DNA of 64,000 nucleotides from Tubiluchus corallicola. Its lineage: Eukaryota; Animalia; Priapulida. Made by a program: the position numbers and the translations under genes. Positions 27,058 through 39,000 of the stretch are shown piece by piece. Each line of letters starts with the position of its first letter. The stretch's first letter is position 1. The stretch is taken from positions 1-64,000 of the forward strand of contig JAQGDQ010000377.1 of NCBI GenBank assembly GCA_030141605.1. The letters run 5' to 3'. Under the pieces are notes generated by a model. That model saw only the letters and a program-made list of their open reading frames with translations, was not told where the DNA came from and searched no databases.

Positions 27058-30000
27058 TAAGTACATACTTATATTTAGAAGCCAATTTACGCAAAAGTCA
27101 TGTTACTAATCCATAATATGCAAATATTTTACAAGAATGCAGAATAAGTACTCAGCATTCAGCCAATCAGGAAACTGCATGACTCATTACATGTACTCAC
27201 CATTCAACCAATCAGGAAACAGCACGACTCATTACATGTACTCACCATTCAGCCAATCAGAAAACAGCATGACTCATTACATGTACTCACCATTCAGCCA
27301 ATCAGAAAACAGCATGACTCATAGATACTCACCATTCAGCCAATCAGAAAACAGCATGACTCATAGATACTCACCATTCAGCCAATCAGGAAACAGCATG
27401 ACTCATAGGTACTCACCATTCAACCAATCAGGAAACTGCATGACTCATTACATGTACTCACCATTCAACCAATCAGGAAACAGCATGACTCATTACATGT
27501 ACTCACCATTCAGCCAATCAGAAAACAGCATGACTCATTACATGTACTCACCATTCAGCCAATCAGAAAACAGCATGACTCATAGATACTCACCATTCAG
27601 CCAATCAGGAACTGTAAAATTAATGATTCGTTTCCAATCCTCCTGATCTCTCCTGTTCTCCGTCTGAAACTAAATAAAACAACGAAGTTAGAAGCATTTA
27701 CACATCAATGTTTAGCACATGCTAAATAAATGCTTAGTACGATACAAGAATTATTCAAAATCAAAACTAACGTAATTCTCAACAACAAAATATTCGACGA
27801 GTTTATTGCACATATTTATCAAAAAGAAAATTTAAGTACAGCGCTACTGTAAGATATTCAGTGTGTTGTGCTAAAACTAGACAAGTTTTAAAATAAAAAT
27901 TCAAATTTCAAATTTACCGCTGTGCTCACGCATGAACTGTCAAACGTGTGCAGTTTGTCACAAACTAACACTTCTGAACCGAAAGGTACAGCACTTCTTT
28001 TTTGCGCAACGTGTTTTTGAAATGCAGATGCTAGTGTCTGTCTAACTAGCGAATGGCGAAATGCATGTAACAGCAAAGAACTAGTGGCGCGAACGTGAAA
28101 TTATGTTTGTGTGGTAATAATTGTTTCACGTAAGTCATTTTTGAAAAAATAGTGTTTCCTTTCAATATTTTAAACAGTAGATTGTTTTAACCTACAGTTT
28201 AAGATTGGGTCTAGTTTTGATTTAATGACTAATCAAATTAGATGTAATTAATATTTTGCTCTACTGTAGAAACATTTCTCATTTGCCTGCAGTTTTTTCT
28301 CATTTTTATTCTTCTTCTCACTTTTTTCTTTCTTTAATAACTCGCCCAAGCACACCTGCAGGGCACACTATGCAGATAGAGAGATTTATGTTTAACAGGA
28401 CCCAACACCCCGGGTCAAAGGTCATACACAGGGCACACTATGCAGATAGAGAGATTTATGTTTAACATGACCCCACACCCCCGGGTCAAAGGTCACACAC
28501 AGGGCACACTATGCAGATAGAGAGATTTATGTTTCACATGACCCCACACCCATGGGTCAAAGGTCACAGAGCTACATATGAGCCAATTGTGTAAAAGTAG
28601 CCAAAGCTGTGTAAGAGAAATTTTTTGGTAAGAGGCAAACACCAAAATTAAGTGGGTCGAGGACACCGGTACCTCAACTGTCGAGGGAACTGGCTCTAAG
28701 ATATTTAAACTTAGATTATAATCAGAAATTAAAGAGAGAATAAAAATGTACGATTTCCCATTTTCAAATTTCCATAACTTTGGAACAGAAGAGATACTTT
28801 GTGCTAAAACTGTTAAGAATGTAACAAAATTTAAGCACAGTGTGATGCAGCACAGCGCGACGCATCATACTTGATAAGTACGTTGGCCGGGACACGTCAA
28901 GACAAAAGTCACGTCCGCTTTCTTTTTATCCGTTCCTCCTGTAGCGTCTCGTGCTTCATAATCCTTCAGTGAAAACGATCCCTGAAAAAAGGCACAAAAT
29001 CAAAAACTTTCACAACGCAAGCAACACACATGCAACAAAGCCAACAGATCAGCAGCAACACATGCAACAAAGCCAACAGATCAGCAGCAACACACATGAA
29101 CTTAGGATCGCAAATTGTCCCTTTCTTGTGATCTTATGGAGCGTTCACACTAACGAATGTTTTGTTATGAGTTTTCTCTCTGACAGCAAACTGATAAGTG
29201 TGAACAAGCTTTGCGAGTTATTGAAACTCCCCAACATTAGCTGTTAGTTGATTTCCAGCGAGTTACCGTCTCTAGTGTGAACACCTTGGTGAGTTACTCT
29301 CGACAATTCCCAAAGTGAACAGACGAGTGTCAGCTCGTGCTTACTGTTGGAGAGTAACTCATATGAAATACGGTTCTCTAGTGCGAACACCTTGGCGAGT
29401 TACTCTAGACAATTGTCAAAGTGAACAGACAAGTGAGTGTCAGCTCGTGCTTACTGTTGGAGAGTAACTCATATGAAATACGGCTCTCTAGTGTGAACAG
29501 TTCTTTATTTTATTTTTGTTCTATTATAAAAACATAAAAACAACAATACAATATAGCAAAAAACATTTTGATAACATAGTATACATACTTACATAACATA
29601 GTATACATACTTACATAACATAGTATACATACTTACATAACATAGTATACATACTTACATAACATAGTATACATACTTACATAACATAGTATACATACTT
29701 ACATAACATAGTATACATACTTACATAACATAGTATACATACTTACATAACATAGTATACATACTTACATAACATAGTATACATACTTACATAACATAGT
29801 ATACATACTTACATAACATAGTATACATACTTACATAACATAGTATACATACTTACATAACATAGTATACATACTTACATAACATAGTATATATACTTAC
29901 ATAACACAGTATACATACTTACATAACATAGTATACATATTTACATAACATAGTATACATACTTACATAACATAGTATACATACTTACATAACATAGTAT

Positions 30001-33000
30001 ATATACTTTCATAACATAGTATACATACTTACATAACATAGTATACATACTTACATAACATAGTATACATATTTACATAACATAGTATACATATTTACAT
30101 AACATAGTATACATAGTTACATAACATAGTATACATACTTACATAACATAGTATATATATTTACATAACATAGTATACATACTTACATAACATAGTATAT
30201 ATACTTACATAACATAGTATACATAGTTACATAACATAGTATACATACTTACATAACATAGTATATATATTTACATAACATAGTATACATAGTTACATTA
30301 AATTCATAATAAAATTGACACGGCGCAATATCTATATAAATTGTTCCTTGTGCATTATAGTCAGAAGCATTACTTGTGTGACTATAATGCAATTAATGGT
30401 GCTGGTGTTGGAGTGTTTGAGAAGGAATGTAAAAATGATGGAATGATAGTGCAGGAGATCGGAATTAGTAGGATTAGGTTAGTTAAATGATGTAGATGAG
30501 ATTGCAATTAGGACATTGTAAAAATATATATACATTTACGAACAGAAATACACTATGAGTCAATTTGTCACTTACTGTGAATACATTATACCTGTCTGTC
30601 ACTATACATGCTCAAACTTTAATATGAATTTACGAACAAAGTTTTCAATCCATTTTGGATCTTGAGAACGACAACAATAGCACAGGACCTGGAGAACACT
30701 TGAATATGTATCTTGGAAGCAACAATTTATTTGAATCAAGAGTTTAGCTGTTTGAAAGGGTTAAGTTGGTTGTAAAACATACATATAGTAGTTTGACAGC
30801 TTCAAAATAGATAAACTTCAAAAGTTATAAAAATTTGACGTAGCCCACAAGTCTCAGCGTATCAATTGCTAACCTTTGAAAAGAAGGTGAGAGAGAGTGA
30901 GCGACAGACAGAAGACAGACGATAAGCATCTAGCAAACCTTCACTGGAAGTCTCTCCGCTTGTGTTGCTATCCTCTGTTGGTATCCTAGGCAACGGTCTC
31001 TTTGTAATGGATGCAGCAACCGGAATGTTGGCAGGCGTCGAGTCAGTCTCACGTGCGGGAATGTTGTCTCTACTTGGTAACGGATGTGGTTTAGAAACAT
31101 TGGTTGCTATGGCGACCGAATTTACGAACGAAGTTTTCAATCCTTTTTAGATCTTGAGAACGATGAAATTGATATAACATCTACAGGCATTTTGTTCCAA
31201 ATTGTAGGACTAATAAATCAGATGAAATATTTTCATTTTCCACACATTGTCTTTTCCTCGTTCTAATTTAAATTTTTGCATTGTTGTCTTTGAAACATGG
31301 AATTTTTGACAAAAATGGTCTTCTTGAGAGTATTTAGCAGTTTTTCCATGTTTTTCTGGACCTCCGAACTTTTGTCCTAACAGAAATGTTATTCCTAAAT
31401 TTGATCTTCATTATTACATTCCTGTTCGCGTTCACCACAAGCTTCTGCTTTGGCACACGTTCTGCTTTGGAAGTTTCTTCTTCTACACTTTCTACGCCTG
31501 CTAGCGGCTCAACTGACGAAGGATTGTCTGCCGAGCCAAGGGGTGTTGGCGGACAGGAAGTAATCGGGAGGCAATTTCCGTTCATAGTTGGCATTTCTAC
31601 AGATGAAGCTGGCGGTTTCTGTGGAGGAATTCTTATCGATAACCAGCTGGTATTGACAGCAGCTCACTGTTTTCGCAATAGCAGAGGACCTGGAGAACAC
31701 TTGAATATGTATCTTGGAAGCAACAATTTATTTGAATCCAGAGTTTACCGTTGGGTTTTAAAGTATTTCTTGCATGAAGACTTTGTATTGAAATACACGG
31801 AATTCCAATACAATGATATTGCTCTCGTTGTAATGAATAAACCTGTTGACTTCACCGATGATATTCAAGCTGCTAGTTTGCCTATCTGTAACAATTCTAC
31901 TTACATTAACGAAGATATTACCATCGTAGGATGGGGAGATTTTCGTAAAAGTCAATTTCACCCTGTCCATCTTCACAACTACTTGCAGAGAGTAACGTTG
32001 ACCGTTACAACGAGAAGCGAGTGCAAGGAAATTGACCCAAGATTTGGGGTCTGTGCATATGGTCCATGGCGCAGTGGTGGGCTCGGTGATTCAGGCGGAC
32101 CGTGGGTTTTAGAGAAGACTGGGGAAGTAATTGGCGTTCATTCAGGACACGGCGGTAGTGATACTTTTAAAGCGGAATACCCCGTACCTCAATTTGTACC
32201 CAATGCCGCTGCAAAAACTGCTTATTATAAGGACTGGATTGATATCAACTCGTATTATGCTAAAAATGTAGCTGTTATGGGAGGTTATGAGGCTTTAGCT
32301 GCGTCAAATTCTGCACCTAACAGAGTTCCATTGACTGGTGTATATATGTTATGTTTTATAATTACCTTTTACTCTTCGTAGAAATTGAAATTAAATATTT
32401 TAATTAAAGGCAAATTGTGATGCAAAAGTAAAAACACGATAGAAGTACTGATGAGCACATTTGCAACAAAACTGACTTAACACTAGTTTAGTTAAGATTA
32501 GACTACATCGTCACATTCTGGTGTCAGAAGTGGGATTGGCATGTATTTTGTTCCCGGCAAGTATTGGCCGGGACTTAACATTTGCAAGTGTTTTGTTCCA
32601 CATGGTAGGACCAATAAATGAGACGAAATGGTTTGCTACATTAGTTCTACACTGGACAACTTGGACACAAATTAAATCTGGAATTATGTTTTTTGATTAA
32701 GATTAACAGGATTAATTAAAAAATTGTGGCAAAGATTTAAAGTGAGTTTTGCTCATGAACATGCTTAGCTTATATTTAACTGTGTCGTCAATGATCATTT
32801 TGTTGACTTCTTCAAGGTGACAATTCAATGAGGCGTGAATTTAGGTAAACCAATGACAAAAAATGCAAGAAACAAGCTACCTGGCGAGAAAACTCATTAG
32901 TGTGAATGTGCCATTAGCCAAATCTGTTTGTCATACTACTACGAAGTGTTGCCAACAATGCAACAATGCAACAAGTTCAATCAGACCAGCAGCGAAACAG

Positions 33001-36000
33001 GTCACCAAACTAAATCACAACTCACCTGAGGTCGTGGGTCAGTGTCTTTCTCGTAGTAATAGAAAGTGCTTCCGGCAACAACGCAGAACCTCTTTTGATA
33101 CTCCGACGTAAAAAGTACCTTCTCTTTTCTGCGCTTCAAGAGGAAACCAAACTTGTGGACATCGGTCAAATCTCTGACCGGTAGATCTCGTGCTGCAAGA
33201 AAACATATATCAGGTATAAAGCCTTCATTTTAGTAAAAAATAAGTGCCGGACTACTTTTTGATATCTTGCTGTCGCATTCTTATCAAGAAGTAACAGCAA
33301 CAAATGACAACGGTTAAATATGGGAAATCTTCAACAATATGGGAAATCTTCAACAATATAGGAAATCTTCAACAAACTAAGATAACAGTAGTTTCAAATT
33401 GTGTTTCAACACTACTACAGACTTCTTTAAGATAGTCACGCAGTCACGAGTCAAAAAAAGAAGTTCTAAAATTGTGAATTTTCAGAACAAGAACAACATT
33501 CAGACAATATAATAATGAATTAATGACATAAATGATGAATTAAAAACTGTTCAGCCAATTCAAAAATTTAAAAAGAAATACAGAGCAATGATTCTCAACA
33601 AGTACAACACTTCCTACGACACAGGCACTGCTAGCAGCTAAAGCAGTTGCAAATGCAAGGTACTGAACCTGTAGTAGACTAATTATGTTGTTTACATGTA
33701 TATAAAGTTGTGAAGTGGCAAAAGTTTGTCAGAAAATGCACAAGCAACATTTTAACCTAAAATATTGATATGTTTTGTTTTTCTCATGGCTTATGATGCC
33801 AACAAAAGCCTGTTCATTACACAAGTGAATCTTTAGCGCTGATGTCAACATCGCAATCTATTATCTTTCTTTCTATCACTTCCACTAACACATCCTTCTA
33901 CCGTTCCTGTGTGATCTAACCTTTCTCCCAGTTCTTTTTTGTTCACTCATCCATTCTCTTTTTATCAGGTTCACATGACAGTGGGCTTATACAAGCCTTT
34001 GCTTCTCTAGCCCACTGCAGTACAATTATTCTTTTATGATAACGATAGTGTATGAAATAACAATTTAATATAGTAGATGTAATAATTTTGATGTCACTGT
34101 GTGCTTTATACTGTACTGAATGTGATAATAATAATAAATAAATAAATAAAAAATACAACTGTGACCTAAAAAAATAAACTGAATTAAAAAATGCATGAGC
34201 CATTGTGATGAAAGCATTCATTTAAATATTTTACTTCAAATATCCCACATTCATAAGTTGTTGAAGACTGTTTTAAATTATAGAGATTTGTTTTGTCAAA
34301 AAAATTAAGATTAAAAATTTCGCCCAAAATTGCGTGAAGAACTGATACGAGAATATTTTCTGCCTTTAAAACTAATAAAACTTTAAAACTGACAGTTATT
34401 TGATCTGTTAATAGTTATTTTGATTTAAGCCAATAACAATGGACTAAAAATAGTGATAAAATGGCAAACTAGAAAATCTACATAGCATAAAAAACTGCGC
34501 AAGGTACAGTACTTTAGAGATGACTTTGTACAGATCAGCATAGCATGCATACTAAATGTCTCAAATACTTTAAAAAATTATCAGCAGTTGCAAAATGAAG
34601 CACATTTTATGCTTCCATTGAATCCCAATGTATCCCGTGGGATACAGGCTACATATAGCACGCGGGCACAGGTAGAAAAAAATAATTATGTGTAAACAAG
34701 ATGGACATACTGAACAAAAGTACCAAGCCAAAAAATTTTTTCTTTTTAAAAAAATAATTTGGGACTGAAAGGGTGAAACAATCAGCATGGATTCCTGCTA
34801 AAACGTGACATACTCCGTCCCTTCTGTAACCCAACTCAAGAGCGGAATAGAGGGAAGCCATATTTGTCGTAACGTGTGTCATGACCAGGCATTCAACTTC
34901 AGTTTTTCAACTTTCCTAACGTTTTATTACAGCACGTATGGTGCACAGTAAAGAGGTTGATTGCGATTGCGATACTCAACTCTCTCCACCTATCAGAGGC
35001 GGGCACCTTTATAGGGTGCAAAGTCTATTCTTCTATAACGCTGATCTTTTGGTTGTCTTTTCCAAGTTTAATGTCTTTATTTGTCTTTATCCTGTATTCC
35101 ATGCATTCGTTCACTAGATTAATACATCTGAGTTCAATTTTTTTTCCATTCTCCATATCTGTAACATCTAAGCGTATGTTCAGTAGTGTCATCATCTTCC
35201 TCACACACTGGGCATAATAACTGATCCTTAAACTCATTCTTGTAGTTCCCTTTAACTTTAATCATATTCAGTCTTATTTTCAATATATCTTTAACCTCTT
35301 CTGGCTTGCATGTGTCTATGTAATTTTGTCGTTTCCACTCAGTATGCCTTAAAAATCTTAATTTAGTGCTGCTCCAGCATTTATCTGCACATTCATTCTT
35401 TATACAACATTCAATCTTATTCTTTATTTCTTTCTTCCATTCAGACTTTTTCATGACCTTCACCCTTTCTTTATTAGCATCTATGGTATATATTTTGCAG
35501 CCTCAACTACTTCATTATACCATGACCTTTTATGTACACTGTTTATTTGCATTTCGAGTATCTCTGATGCTAATCTCTTTGGTTTACTAATCAGTAAATT
35601 CCAATAGAACATCAATCTCCTATAGTTTACTTTATGTTTTAGAGGACATATGCCTATTTCAGTTACTAATCCCCAGTATGGCGTTTATTCACTAAGATTA
35701 AATAAGGTTTTTAAAGCATTTGCTTGAATCATTTCTAATTTCTCCCAATCAGTTGTTGTCAAATTTGACCATGTCTCACGACTATTTAGCACTGCACTCA
35801 CTGAAAGAAGCTCGTACAGCATTAGTTTTACCCCTATTGAGCAATCTCCCACTTTCAGCTCACCTCCCCCCATTGTATTGATGTAACTAATTATCATTTT
35901 GTTTTTCCCGGTTCGTTTTCCAAACATTATTTCATAACTACATTTTGTATCAATCCAATCTCCCAAATATTGGTATTCCTCTGCTTCCTTAACCTCTCCG

Positions 36001-39000
36001 TTCCTTAGTGACTCACGTAATTCTGGAGTCCTTTTCTTTCGTGTCATGTTTGTTCTCATATATTGTGTTTTCTAGTATATTGAATGATAATCTTTTGGTT
36101 CTTTCAATTTCTTGACAGTTTCTTTCATTTTTTTGCAGGTGGCGTAATGACATCTAAAAGAACAGCCACAAATATGGCGTAAAGAAGTCAAACTTCTTGT
36201 CAAAAAGAATTGAATGTGTTAATGTTTTTGCACCTGTATCAACATTAACCAAGAATCAGCACCCGTTACGCAGACCTGCTTCCGCCAGCACCGGTGACGC
36301 AGGTGCAAACACGACTCACCCTGACCATCAATATTAACCAAGAATCAGCACCCGTTACGCAGACCTGCTTCCACCAGCACCGGTGACGCAGGTGCAAACA
36401 CGACTCACCCTGACCATCAACATTAACCAAGAGACAGCACCCCTTACGCAGACCTGCTTCCACCAGCACCGGTGACGCAGGTGCAAACACGACTCACCCT
36501 GACCATCAACATTAACCAAGAGACAGCACCCGTTATGCAGACCTGCTTTCACCAACTCCGGTGACGCAGGTGCAAACACGACTCACCCTGACCATCGGAC
36601 GAATCGGACTTTCCGCCGAGTGACTTTCTGTCCTCTTCTTCTTTCTTGGGTTGCTCCAGCTGACCGGCGGGCACAGGACGACGAGTGGGCAAAGCAGGAC
36701 GTACTTCCGCCTCGTCCGAACTCACGTCTGGACGCATTTCTGCCTCCGGATCTTGTAGAGAGAAAAAACAAACTTTATTATCGGATTTGGTTTAAAAATG
36801 GAACATTTTGAACAGAAATTAAAATTTAAATGAAAATTAAAAGTCCAGAATCCATCACTCAAAAATCTTAGCAGTGTTAAACCTTTAAGAAGAGCCACTG
36901 AACCAGCAAAACATCGTCTCACTCAGGTAATAATAATAATAATGATAATAATAATAATATTAATAATAATAATGACTCGGTCATAATAATGATTATAATA
37001 ATTACTAAGACTACAGTGGGATTATAGTAATTACTAAGACTATAAGATACTGTATAATTTTTATCACTCACCAGGTAAATCTTCATAAATATCTTCTTCA
37101 AAACTGTCCCTAGCAGCTGAACTTGTTCTTTCAGCTAAATTAAAACACAAAAAGACTCGGTAACAAAAAACCATGAAAATTAACATAAACTTTAATATCG
37201 CAGATTCGTAAATTGTAGTGCCCCATGCTGTACATGGCATGGTCTTCCAAGTAACGTCGCATGCACACACGCACACTCACTCGTGTGCACGTAAGCACAC
37301 GGACCCGTGTAAGATAGACTATGTAAAATTCATTAGGACAACACTTATAAGTTCAGATGATAGAAACTTGATTATTTCACACTACTGACTTATATAGTAC
37401 TTATTTAATAATACTTTAGTTTACACTTTAAATCTTTGAAACACTGACTGAAAAACAAAGCTGGTAGCTGTCAAATTACGACCACATTCGATTCAAACCA
37501 ATTTTATGATAATTTTAACTTAAGTCAGACCAATACGTATAGTACAAACTGCGTATGATAAACTTATAACATTCTTAAGTGAGGCTGTTCATTTTCCAGT
37601 TACATAAGTCATTTAACCCTTTCACTACGGAAGATTTTTCTGCCCGTCCAAGCTTAGCACTAAGTGCTGTCACCCAGGTCTGTTTTATTTCACTACTACG
37701 GCCATGCAAAACATTGTAGAAAAGTTTAACAGCCCTGGGATTGGGGTTGCTTCGCAACAAGTAATGCTAACCAGCCAATCAGCATCTGAAGCCAGGTGCA
37801 TTCCACAATACTGTACTGTATGGTATGTTCCTACCCTAAATCGCGTGTAGATTGTTGATTAAAAATGAATGTTTAGTTAATTGGATATTATGGATTAAGA
37901 CTTGTGTCTTTTGTGAAAACTGGTTTCTAAATATAAGTACATGCTTATTTATGGCGTGTGCGGTGCGTGTGCATGAGTGCATGTATGAGTGCTCGCATGT
38001 GTGTGCTTGTGTAGAAATACAACTAACATTTAATATTAGTACTCAATATTAATATTAATATTAATATCAATTTAATATTAGTTAGTACTCAATAATGAAC
38101 AACCATTTGTTTATTTACAAGATTCTGTTTTAGTAACACACCACAAGAAGTTGTCAAATGTGCAAAAGTTAAAAGACGGCCATGCAGTGAAAGGGTTAAG
38201 TTGGTTGTAAAACATACATATAGTAATTTGACAGCTGTTTGTAGAAAAATAGATAGACTTCAAAAGTAACAAAAATTTGACGTAGGCCACAAGTCTCAGC
38301 GTATCAATTGCTAACCTTTGAATAGAAGGTGAGATAGCGTGAGCGACAGACAGAAGACAGACGATAAGCATCTAGCAAACCTTCACTGGAAGTCTCTCCA
38401 CTTGTGTTGCTATCCTCTGTTGGTATCCTAGGCAACGGTCTCTTTGTAATGGATGCAGCAACCGGAATGTTGGCAGGCGTCAAGTCAGTCTCACGTGCGG
38501 GAATGTTGTCTCTACTTGGTAACGGAGGTGGTTTAGAAACATTGGTTGCTATGGCAACAACAAAAGCAAAAGCTTTTACGACAATCGGCAAACATTGATA
38601 CACATAAGCGCAGCAGCATCTCCCCACAAAGACCAACTACAGTACAACGTGTGTCATGAGACAGCAATAATACACATAAGCGCAGCAGCATCTCCCCACA
38701 AAGACCAACTACAGTACAACATGTGTCATGAGACAGCAATAATACACATAAGCGCAGCAGCATCTCCCCACAAAGACCAACTACAGTACAACATGTGTCA
38801 TGAGACAGCAATAATACACATAAGCGCAGCAGCATCTCCCCACAAAGACCAACTACAGTACAACATGTGTCATGAGACAGCAATAATACACATAAGCGCA
38901 GCAGCATCTCCCCACAAAGACCAACTACAGTACAACGTGTGTCATGAGACAGCAATAATACACATAAGCGCAGCAGCATCTCCCCACAAAGACCAACTAC

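Noticed and set aside
27137-27646. 169-aa repetitive plus-strand ORF (also 38533..39192 and 38595..39116)
   Set aside because: Open only because the repeat unit is a multiple of 3; these lie in SKAP introns.
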